From: Lepidodermella squamata
Taxonomy: Eukaryota > Animalia > Gastrotricha
DNA length: 64,000 nucleotides
Direction of reading: 5' to 3'
Assembly (NCBI GenBank): GCA_047495785.1
Contig: JBLDXI010000013.1
Span: 1,798,001-1,862,000 of the forward strand
Shown here one piece after another: positions 51,576 to 64,000 of the stretch (its first letter is position 1; each line of letters opens with the position of its first letter). The position numbers were made by a program, and so were the translations under genes. The notes beneath the pieces are model-generated. The model was not told the origin of the DNA. It did no database searches and saw only the letters and a list, made by a program, of their open reading frames with translations.

Positions 51576-53629
51576 ATGGACACTGAAAGCGTGCGGTCCA
51601 GCTATAGTCATCGCTCGTTGGCGTCTCATGTATCTCATCGATCAGCATACAGCCAGATGGCAAGACCTCCAGGCAATGGTCAAGTAATAATGGGTCCTCC
51701 GGGAGCCAACCAAATGCGGCCCTCGCGTCGGCCAGGTGGAGCATCTGGACGTCGCGCTACATCTCAGCAACTTCAGCCTCAAATGACGCATACTTTTGGT
51801 CCAAATACTGCTCCAGTAAATTTAGGTGGCCCAAACACACAGGAAACTCGAATTGAAACGTTTTCGAGCCAGATGCAGACCACTTACAGCATTCAGCAAG
51901 ATACAGGTGATGATGATGATAGAGCTATGAGCATAGTTGCGCCCGCTGATGCTACCAAAGTGCGTCTGTTAATGGAAAACGATAAGAAAAATTCTCTGTA
52001 TTGGAATGACAGCCACACTGTTATTACTGGAGCAACTTCTGACACAGCAATGTCCTTCGAAGATTTAAGGGAGTCTGGTGATGAAAAAGACGAACCTAAT
52101 CTCGGGCCGAAATTTCATAAAATCGGATGTTCGCGATACTGTCCCATGGTTTGCGGTGCTATCGTCTGTTTGATTGCTTTCATTAGTCCTGTCACCATGA
52201 TTATTCTACCCACGCTTGGACTTGATGATTGGAGAGCCAGTGAATGCACGACTTCTCAGTGCGAAGGAATGCTGATATCCATGGCTATCAAATTACTGCT
52301 CATAATGATGGCGACTGTTTTGATCTTTTTCCGCCATCAAACCGTAACTCTTCCGAGAGTTAACGTGTTCAAAGCAGTTATTTTGCTCATCGTAACAATT
52401 GTGACCTTCGCATTCTGGTTGTTCTATGGTGTCAAAATTTTCCAGGTAAAAGCTGAAGGGTTTTTGTTGAATTTCGTTTTACTCATTTCTGTTTCTAGGC
52501 CCGCGAGACAGAATTCTACTCGATTTTATCAATAGCATCATCTTTCGCGGATGTTTTGCTATTTCTTTGTTTCCTTGCCGTCGTCGGGTTGGAACTTCGC
52601 CATCTTGAACCATCGTTTTGCCTCAAAATTGTTCGATCACCCGATGGCGAGTGCCGCTACTTCACCATCGGACAAGTTTCAGTGCAGCGCGCTGCCGCTG
52701 CTGTCTTGCAGCAATATTACCGAGACTTTCCTTACTACAACCCGTTCCTGGAATCAGCAGTATTTCGCCCAAAACCGAACGACAGTGCTAAAAGTGGCAA
52801 CGGTGGAGGCAAAGGTGCAAATTCTTTCAAATTTTACGATATCGATGCGCTATCCGGGCCCACTCCTCAAAACGGTCCCGGCAATGGTGCGGTTTCTCAA
52901 GGCAAAGCTTCTCGAGCTGGCTCTGTTGTAAACGGCGACATCGGCGGAAACTCATCGGGTAACGCAAATAACGTGCAGCCTAGTCGAACTAGCCGTTTCC
53001 GACGTCGAGGTGCGTCTCATAACGACCGATTTTATTCTGAGGAGGACTACGAAAGGCGAGTCAGAAAGCGCCGGGCTCGCCTTGTCGTTGCTACCGATGA
53101 AGCGTTTTCACATATCCGCCGCCTTAATTCTGGCCAATCTGAAAATAGCTGCCGTGATACGCCTCAGAGTGGCCAACCGTTGTCCCTGCCTCCACGAATG
53201 GAGCCGACTGAGGCTGCTCAAACGATTTTCCCGGCTATTGCCCGGCCGTTGGAAAAATACCTGTCAGCAACTCGGCAGCAGTTGCGTTATACCACCGATG
53301 CTGTTATCGAGCATCTAAGTGCTTGTCTCGCTAACGACCTTGGGCCTCGTGCGTTTCTTGAGCGATACTTCCAGCAAGAACCATCTCTGTACAATGACCG
53401 TGAGTACCGTCCTAGCACAACATGGCTGTTGGCCTCTGAATCGCTTGTTTCCCGCTCAATCGGCGACGGGGTGACATTCCGTCTTCGGCCTGTTGATAAT
53501 CCTAACGTGTACTTGATGGTTACTTGCCGAAAACTGCCTCACTTCAACGTGCTGGAAGAAGTTATCGACAGCCGCAATAATAAGCTGACTATTCGCGTGG
53601 CAAATTTCAACTCGGAAAGCTCTGTTTGA
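51576..53629 (+). CDS. VANGL: Van Gogh/Strabismus planar-cell-polarity protein, 666 aa
   Basis: Exons 51576-52445 and 52499-53629 (53-nt intron, phase 0). N-terminal MDTES..S.YS, W....TVITG.TSD, four hydrophobic segments, VRSPDGE.R.F.IGQ.SVQRAA, HNDRFY.EE.YERRVRKRRARL, and a C-terminal PDZ-binding ESSV*. Confidence 0.96.
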
Positions 53630-54232
53630 TGCAGCATAATAATGTTTTCTCCCATGTGCCTTGCGAACGTTTTTATTCCGTTGAATATGCACGAAATTTC
53701 TGTACCGGTTTCACAAAACGAGCCGCTCATCACTCCTGTTTTTACCGTTTCAGATTTGATGTGGTAGATTTTAAGGTAGCTACTTAACTTGCTCAGATTT
53801 GACGCGTTTCGAAATATCGGTGTGCTCATTCTTATATATACATTGCTAATTCATTTTATTCAACTAGCTCGTTATTTACACAGTCATGCTTGCTCTACAT
53901 TGCCCGTTTCAACAGCAAGTCGGATCTTTTTGTTGAGTTTCGTTTTACAGCAGCAATATGCAATGTTGCGACAATTTTGAATTGCAGTTTCTCCGATTTT
54001 TTTTTGCCCTCTTTTTATGATGAATTTTCAAAATAAAAATTTCGATGACGAAATCAATGGGTATTTCTCAGGAAACTCGGTCTCAAAACCGTGTTTTATT
54101 CATGCCTTATAATGGTATACAAATACATTGAAACATGGTGATTAAAAGTTGGCTGAAAGCAGACGCTAATATCACATGAATTTTTTAAATAAGCAAAATA
54201 AGTTGCCGATTTTTGTAATGGAAAAATATCGT

Positions 54233-55027
54233 TTAAGTGCGCACATCGTGGCGCGTCTCAAGCGGGGGCAAGCGGCCGTACGCTCTTGGTTGTTCGGTTT
54301 GAGGAGCATCGCGTGTTACATGGTTTTGCCCGGTGGGAGCACTGTGACTTTCCGAAGCTCCGACGCGATTTTCGACTTGACAATTCTTACAAACGCAGTC
54401 AGCAGGGTCGCAGCCGTGTCGCATGCACGTCTGGCAAACGCCGAGCGAACAGTCGCCACAGGCGCCGCATGTCCAGTAGCAGCAGCCGCAATGGCATCCG
54501 CCGCCCGAATAGCAAATGACTGAGTAGCAGTTGGGAGGCGGGCATTTGCAGTCTTCTTTCATCTGCTTTTGCCGCTCTTCTTCCGACATGTTTCGATTGC
54601 GCTCACAAGCCGGATGAAGGAACCAGATCAACAGGAAGATCACGACTGCAACCACTACGACGCAAGCTATTACGATACCAGCCTAGAGATATTGCCTTTT
54701 AACGATGATCACATCAAAGCTTGGTTAACTCACAATAGCGCCGCCAGACAAGCTACTAGAATTGCTGTCATCCTGAAAAAGACATGCAAAAGGCGGTGAA
54801 AATGATGAGTTAAAATTAGTTTTATAGAGTCTCACGGTGTAGTCATCATAATCATCATCATCATCACTGCCCGATTTCGTCGCATTTTTCGGGGCAGCAG
54901 TTGTTGGAGCAGCGGCGGTTGTAGGAGCCACGGTTGTAGGACGGGCGGTAGTGGGCGCATTTTGCGCGAACGCCGTAGCGGCCCAAGCCAACAAGAAAAC
55001 TCCGATAAACATCGTCAACTTCGCCAT
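54233..55027 (-). CDS. Small type-I membrane protein (226 aa): signal peptide, Thr-rich mucin-like stalk, acidic Tyr motif, TM helix, Cys-rich cytoplasmic domain
   Basis: Exons (-): 55027-54836, 54772-54734, 54682-54233 (all phase 0; introns 63 and 51 nt). MAKLTMFIGVFLLAWAATAFA | PTT repeats | SGSDDDDDYDDY | LSGGAIAGIVIACVVVVAVVIFLLIWF. Confidence 0.82.
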
Positions 55028-55128
55028 GATTATTAAAAAATCTAAAAAAATTAAAGCAATATTAAGACTAGTTGCATTCTTTATAATATTTTTCGAAAAT
55101 AATTGCTGCTTCATTGATAGGTAACATG

Positions 55129-55786
55129 CTATTGGTGATGCTGCGTTGGAATGGGCGGTAGATGCCCAAAAGGCTGACGATTAGGACCTTGTAGGGCAGG
55201 TCTACTATCATATTCGGGGTTTCGCGTAGGTGGTCTTTCGTTGTCGATCTTCACCTGGGACGTAGACACTGGGTTTCCGTCTCTCGAGCCGACTTGATTT
55301 GCACTAGACAATCGACGCAGTCGGTCTTTAACGCTACCTAAACTTGTCTTGATAGTATCGCCGTGCGCCCGGGTTTGATTAAGGGCAGCATCTTTCCGCT
55401 CTTTGCACGCAGGGTGGACAAACCAAATCACAAGGAAAATGATAAGCCCGGCGACTACAACGCAAGCAATCACTATTCCAGCCTAATATAATGAAGATCT
55501 TCCAGTGGGATTCGGCAGTTGCAGATGCAAAAACTTACGATTCCTCCAGGTGAGATAGTAGGTCCGTCATCATACTGATAATAGTCTGAATCCTATAAAA
55601 TTCAAATTGCAGGTTTTTCCAGAGAAGTTCAAGGTATAAACCAACGTCATTTTTAGCAGTTGAATCAGTCTTATTGGACTTAGCCGATGTATCTGTACTG
55701 TTCGCACTTTGTTGATAACTGAACAGCACCAAAGCAGACTGGATCAGCAGAATACAAATCAACCCGCCATTACTGAAAGTGAACAT
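55129..55786 (-). CDS. Small type-I membrane protein (182 aa), paralog of the adjacent gene
   Basis: Exons (-): 55786-55646, 55592-55539, 55482-55129 (phase 0; introns 53 and 56 nt). It has the same intron position before AGIVIACVVV and shares IFL.IWF.HPAC and G[HR]LPP[IL].T.H with its neighbour. Confidence 0.82.
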
Positions 55787-56451
55787 CTTGGCACTTGATT
55801 ATCGGCGAAGAGCAGAAGCCTTGCCAATTAACCTTGATGTGCGCATCACCGGCATGATGATATTGATGAATTACCGGCTCTAGTTTTGTTTTGGATACCG
55901 TCGTGTCGCGAGGGTAACCGCTTTGGTGTTAATATCTCACTGAAATGAAATCAAAAGACGTGACTTATTCACCCAGACCGCGTGGTAGGTCGCATATTTA
56001 TTTGCGTGGTCTCTTAGAGACGTTTTCTTACGCCCGACGAATCAAATACTGGAGCAGCCTGAAATAAAATATTTTCAATATAATGTTGATGACACACATT
56101 TTTGCCTTCATCACGTGCCTTTCATTTGAATAAAAAAAAAATCCACATGCTTTTCCCACACACACCCCTCGGGACTTTAAATCGTCTGTTCAGTCAAAAA
56201 CTTGGTTCGGTCAGGTATAATTTTAGATTCCTGGTAAAAAGAAGCGAAACTCCCATGATCCTTAAGCTTTATTGTATCCTCTCAACGGTAGAAAAAAAAT
56301 CAGCGCCTGCACGGAGGTATTTGATCCCTTAACGATGGAACAAGCGATTGCTTGGGAAAAACATAAAACAATAGCAAGAAGTAAATAAAAATTTCCGGAA
56401 AAAATGACTGAACTAAAAAATTATTTTGCATCGTGTGGAATCGATATCATT

Positions 56452-58287
<1,836 letters not shown>

Positions 58288-59594
58288 CTGAAAAAAAATG
58301 ATAATCTAAATCCTACGGCTGTAATATGATGACGACTTTTATCGTAAATAATAATAATAATAACAGGTGGGTGAAAGTCATTCAGGTTACAAAGACAAGC
58401 CTAATTTATATGCGCAATTCCTCAGGCCATTTGTTTTTTGTCTGCTATGTGGGCAACTACATAGTTGAGGAAAAATAATAAAATATTCCTCGTTTTTTAT
58501 TTGCCTTGATAACAGCGCGGCAGGCTTGTACTTTTTTGCGCGCGCAGGTGTACCGCGCATCATTTACGCGTGTGCATATCATCTGCGTAAGGTTCCAGTG
58601 CAAGAAAAGACCACGGTCGACAAACCGAGTTGGCGCGCATATACATAGAAAGTGTTTACTCGATGATGTTCTGGCTTAGCATTATATACCTAGCATACCA
58701 GAGGCATCAATCGCCCATATACAGACGCGCAAAATTATTAAACATAGCATAATAATATCAGGCGAGGCGATTATACTGAGTACCTAGTGTGATGTTTCTG
58801 TACCTGAGTGGGTGAGTTTGCACGAGGTGGCGCCGCTTTACAGGTGGAAATAGCATTACGTAGCGATGTTCAAGCCAGGCATCTTTTTATCGCTTCGACA
58901 CGGAGTTTCTCATACATTTTCTGGCTAGTGATAATACAAACCATAAAACACCTCGAGGAAGGGCCAAAAAACACGTATAAACATATCTGTGGAAAAATAA
59001 ATCGCACCAGAGATGTTAATCACGTGGATACTGCGAGCGTGCCAACATCATGAAATCCCTATATGGTGAATATGCGGTAGTCAAATCGTTGAACTTGAAT
59101 CCGAAATATCGATGTAACGAGGTATCACAGCAATTCAAACGATGGATTGTTGCTATTTCCAGTTTAATTTTCTTGTTTACTCTTCCACCTCGTTGCAAGC
59201 TGTGGCGGTTGTGGACGATCTGATGCTTTTAAAAGCGGACAGTCCATTGATATAATTCATGCAGGTCAAGCTCTGGAATTTTTCCAACTTCACCATATGC
59301 GCCGTTGAAAACAAACATATTGGATAAAATCTCCCGCAATCGTCATTAAATTTTACATTGAAGAACAAAATTAAAAAAAGCGCAGCAAATCAGGTAGAAA
59401 TCATCCACGCTCGCTCCAAGTATCAAAATGCGGATCCGGTCTTCCTATACGGATCTATGGGACAAGCTATTCAAAGCTTATATAGAAGTTCCAACACCAG
59501 GTGTTCCTCGGATAAGCTAGGGGCAATCTTCACATATTTGATTTCTTTATTCTTTCAACTCAGCAATAGTTTGATATTCACTTAGGTATTCATT

Positions 59595-60799
59595 CTATAA
59601 TATTCTAGGCATTGATTTATCTCTAGTTTGAATTATTACTGTTTTATTCACTAGGGCAAATCTGGGCTCCTTCCGACGAAGTGCATTTTGATCGAAAGCT
59701 CCGAACTGGCTAGGATCGGGAAAAATAGGATCCAATTTCCATTTTTTCGCGAGCAAACTCAGAATGCTCTGGTCGCTGCGATGAGCTTTGAAGTCATTAG
59801 ACTCGGAGACTATAGAGCTCCGGTCGCTGCCAATAATTCGATAGTCCTGAGCGTACGTGAGCCATTCGCCAATGAAACGAATTGAGCGAAAAGTTTTGCG
59901 CAGTAGAACAAATGAAGCGACCAATTGAGCACCGTCAGCGAAATGCTCATCATTGCGATCGCAGTTCATCAGGAAGAAAGCGTCGGCTTTTGTCAGCGTC
60001 CTCTCCTTACGACCTCCGCCCTAAAGAATGAAAGAAGGTAACTCTAAATTCTATGAGAAAAATGGGAAGAATCCGATACCGAATATAAGACAACGTCCAA
60101 ATTTAATTGGTCTTGCAGGCAAATGTGACTTTCGTCGAAATTGTCAACAAAATATGCATTAGAGTCTGTGTACAGTAAAACGTCGTCGTGATGCATTGCC
60201 ATCAGGGTGTTGAGAATGATATAGGGTTTCCAGAGGCCGTTACCCGTTCTTGAAGTTAGGATTTCGCGATTTCTGCGCCTAAATTCACTGTCAATCGATG
60301 ACTCGTTGAAGGAAATGCAGACATCAAAGCCACCTCTTGTCAAGCCAGTTTCACAGTTTTTCAATTGAGAGTTTCGACCGCTTCGGTTAGGAGCGTAATT
60401 TATAAAAATTCGGCGTCCTTTGATGTGGTGGGAACAGCGATTAGCAGCTCCGACTGTCAGATCTCTAAAGAAAATCGGCGTCACATTTTGCAAATTTGTT
60501 CTCTCGCAATCTTACCTGTTCCGAATATCAGTGCTTGGTAGCTGTTTTCTCAAGTCCAAAACGCTGTGAAGATTCAATTTCGCCATCAGTTGCGCCTCTT
60601 CTTGAAATTCAACCTTCGGTCCTTGTTTGTGTAGCTTCAACAGCTTTTCAGTGAGTTTAGGGCAGTTGGTTATTTGCACCTCTTCGCCGGGGTAATACGC
60701 GATGAAATCGCCTGTTTCTGGCCACAAAAAGAAGCTTCCTACTATCATGAAAAGGACTACAAACATGCAGGCGATGGAAACAACTGTCTGCGAAACCAT
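59595..60799 (-). CDS. Putative glycosyltransferase-like type-II membrane protein, paralog C (364 aa)
   Basis: Exons (-): 60799-60516, 60464-60080, 60020-59595. N-terminal signal-anchor; LWKPYII, LLYTDS, TKADAFFLM, WLTYAQDYRII, AHRSDQSILSLLAKKW. Confidence 0.8.
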
Positions 60800-60997
60800 T
60801 TTTTATGTGTTTGGCCAACTTGGCAAAATTATGACTTGTACGATTCACCGCAAGGCGCATGCTTGTACTCACAAGTATCCAATCGATTGGACGACTTGAG
60901 GTGCTAACTGGAAAATACGCGTCGATCGGTCAGTTGAAATCATAATAGAATTAGTTAACGGAACCAAACAAAGACCACTCTATCGTGCGCGAAAACT

Positions 60998-62099
60998 TCA
61001 AGATTTATTGCGAGTGTGAGCTATCACAGTTTTATCGATCAATTTAAAACGCTCGTCCTTTCTACGAGGCGCCTTTTCGCCAAACTGAGACGGATCAGGC
61101 CAGGCTTCGATGCTCCAACGTTTGGCCAGTAGGCTCAAAATGCTTTGATCATTTCGATGAGCGATGAAATCCGATGTCTCGTTTGAGAATTTACTAGGCT
61201 TATTGCCAATAATCCTCAAGTCCTCGGAGTAAGTAAGCCATTGCATTATGAATTCGAGGGTAGTATAATCCTTCCGAAACATCATAAAACTCGCCACAAG
61301 CTGTTTCCCATCAGCAAATATCGGGTCAGATTGGTCACAATTCATTAAAATGTATGCATCAGCTTTTGTCATTTTGTGCTCTGCTCTGCCGCCCTTAATA
61401 ATAAGGTAATGGCAGCATTAAATTTTATCCAAAAAAATGAAATTTTAGATTACCTCATAGAGCACGATTTTCGTGTTCAGGCTATCCGCTAGACAAATAT
61501 GGCTTGCGTCGAAGTTACCGATGAAATGACTGCCAGTGTCCGTGTAGACCAAGACGTCGCCATCATTCATCGCTGACATCGCTAGCATTATAACATAAGG
61601 CTTCCATAGCCAATATCCTGCACCTGTCTTTTCAGACAAGATCGCAGCGTTTCTCTCGCGGAATTGACTGTCGAGTGATTTTTCATCGAATGAAAGGCAT
61701 ACATCGAAGCCGCCCTTGTTTAAACCTGACTCGCAATTTAGAACTCGAGATCGTTGGCAGCACTTTGAAGCGTAATTCATAAGGATCCGCCGGCCTGTTA
61801 TGTTTGACGAGCATCTTGAACCCTGCTTGGCCCAGTTAATTCTAAAATACGAAAGCTGCAGCAAGATTCCTGGAAAGAGGATTCACTTACTCCGATGTTG
61901 AAATGCTAACCGTAGCCGGCAATTTTCGCTGGAGATCGGAAACATTGAGGACGTTGTCAGCGTTTTCAACAGAGTTCGCTATGTCCGAATTTAACCGAGA
62001 ATTCGAGGAAAAGGGGCAGAATATTAAATTTGCATAGAAGACCATTATTATCGACGCGAAAAAGGTGCTAATGAAGAATGAAATCAAAATAGATTTCAT
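60998..62099 (-). CDS. Putative glycosyltransferase-like type-II membrane protein, paralog B (330 aa)
   Basis: Exons (-): 62099-61891, 61841-61454, 61393-60998. GAGYWLWKPYVI, LVYTDTG, TKADAYILM, WLTYSEDLRII, AHRNDQSILSLLAKRW. Confidence 0.8.
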
Positions 62100-62186
62100 G
62101 ATGCTTCTACTACCTTTCAGCTATTCTCTTTATCTGATATGAGACTTGCAACGGATTTACAATAGATCAATTAATGCTTCAAATAC

Positions 62187-62192
62187 TTTATT
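62187..62192 (-). promoter_or_regulatory. Candidate polyadenylation signal of paralog A
   Basis: Minus-strand AATAAA ~47 nt after the stop at 62239. Confidence 0.45.
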
Positions 62193-62238
62193 CAGGTGCA
62201 CCGATATATGTTTTGTAGAAAGGATTTTGCATCAATAA

Positions 62239-63529
62239 TTAATCCATATCTCGTGTAAGTGCTATGAAAGATTCTGAGACTAGTTTGAAGCGCTCTTGGC
62301 GCCGTAGTTTTGCGGAATAGCCACGCTCGCCCCACTGCGACGGATCTGGCAGCGGCTCGATTCCCCATTTTTTCGATAATAGGCTCAAAATGCTTTGATC
62401 GTTACGATGAGCGCCATAATTGAGCGGATCCGAGGCCAGCCGGCTTGGATCGTTGGCAATCAGACGGATATCCTCAGCGTAAGCCAACCATTGTGTGATA
62501 AATTGGAATGCTCGAATGGTTTTCCTAACGAAAATGAACCCTCCAAGAAGCTGCGGACTGTCTGAAAATTTGCGGTCTTCAGCATCTACGCCCATCAGAA
62601 GAAACGCGTCGCGTTTCGTATATCGATGTTCGGGGTGTTCGTCCTATATCAAAATACTCATAGAAATGATTAAAATGACGGAAATCATACCTGAAATACA
62701 AAAATATCAGAGCAAGTTTTTTCCATCAAGCAAACATGTCCGAGGTCCATATTGCGAACAAAATGGCTCCCGGCGTCGCAATAGAAAAGTACATCATCCT
62801 CTCTCATTGCGATCATGGTCTTGAGAATTATGTAGCTTTTCCATAGCCAAAGACCGGCTCCTTTGCGCTGATTCATGATTGCAGCATTTCGAGTTTTGAA
62901 ATCCTCGTCGAGTGATTTGTCAGTGAAAGATATACAGACATCAAAACCGCCAACGGAAAGCCCTGTTTCACAGCTATGATGGTAAGAAAAAACATAGGCC
63001 GCAAATCAGCTTTCGGTAAAAAGTAACTTTTTGATCTGAGATTTTTCGCAGCAATTAGACGCGTAGTTGATCAGGATCCGACGCCCAGAAATAGATTGGC
63101 ATCGGCCATTGATGTTTATTAAAGAAGAATTTCTTCGTGTTGAACAGAGTCAAGAGAAGTAGAGTGTGATAACCAGAAGTCTTACCTTGTTGTAATTCGA
63201 ACATTTGACAATTTTTCTGCCAAGTCATGAACGTCTATTTTCTGTTGTTTTTCCGTTTCAGATGAATCAACAGTTAATGGCCTTAGTAGTTCAATAACTG
63301 ATTCCTTATCGCAGTTGCTCTCAGAAATCGGAATGGAGTACTCAGTTGGATAAAATACACCGCCGTTCGACTCGATCGCTGTCAGCAACATGGCTCGAAA
63401 ATCAGGAACCAACCGTAAGAGAGCGTAAAAAATTACAACGATCACGAGTAAGAATACTAGTATCGCCTTTATTACTGATCGGTAAGAACATTTTAAGAAA
63501 CAGCAATGCCTATCCCACATGAAATTCAT
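62239..63529 (-). CDS. Putative glycosyltransferase-like type-II membrane protein, paralog A (378 aa)
   Basis: Exons (-): 63529-63186, 63132-63028, 62973-62691, 62643-62239. GAGLWLWKSYII, LFYCDAG, YTKRDAFLLM, WLAYAEDIRLI, AHRNDQSILSLLSKKW. The second exon and the start of the third are not covered by the supplied ORF track. Confidence 0.8.
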
Positions 63530-64000
63530 TCGGTTGGTAATTTTAAGCTCATCGCCACACTAGAGCATTAGCATGTAGGCGCTTGCCGGCCTTCAATAGA
63601 TAACCATGATGTGAATAGGCCAGCTGAATCACTCATATTTGTATATCTATTACCCCGCCACAATACATCCTTTTAGCTCTATTGTTGAATATTGTGAATG
63701 GGTTGACACTTACATGTATAAGATCAGCTGCTGTTGTCGTCCGAATCGGGCCGGCGTAGCAACGTTCACCTCCGGAAATGACGTACAGGTGAACTGCGGC
63801 GAGATTGCTCCAATTTACGGACTTGGCAACGTGCTGTTTGGATTTGGCGTTTTCCCACACACCACGGGCCTGGATCATACGACGAAGCAGTTACCTTTTG
63901 TTATCAACTGTTTTCACAACAGAAATCGCAAAAAACATTGCAGTTCACAGAAGTGTAAAGAAACAGACAAATTGCTAACAATAGCGCAAACAGTGCCCTT

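Noticed and set aside
47967-51687. Short ORFs in the ABCG-Vang intergenic region (and similar ones at 43511-43744, 58808-59585 and 63633-63878)
   Set aside because: AT-rich composition, no motifs, and no consistent exon structure.

Overview
Gene-dense animal (invertebrate-type) nuclear DNA with very short spliceosomal introns: 26 of the 31 introns I could define are 47-63 nt. Bases 1-42324 (+) are the 3' part of a giant titin/connectin-family gene, at least 13,776 aa within the window. It contains a PEVK-like segment, an N2A/MyBP-C-M-domain-like element with a 9-nt micro-exon, tandem Ig blocks with mini-PEVK linkers, and then 11 copies of a 10-domain super-repeat (Ig-Ig-Ig-Fn3-Fn3-Fn3-Ig-Ig-Fn3-Fn3, ~970-990 aa each). 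It ends without a kinase domain. Downstream lie an ABCG1/4(White)-family half-transporter (-), Van Gogh/Strabismus (+), two small paralogous type-I membrane proteins (-), a stand-alone Fn3-kinase-CaM-site MLCK-like gene (-), and three tandem type-II-membrane putative glycosyltransferases with motifs I recall mainly from bacterial and viral proteins (-). All exon models were derived by hand from GT..AG sites and frame continuity, and each sums to a whole number of codons. None has been checked against transcripts or databases, and the organism cannot be identified from this window.
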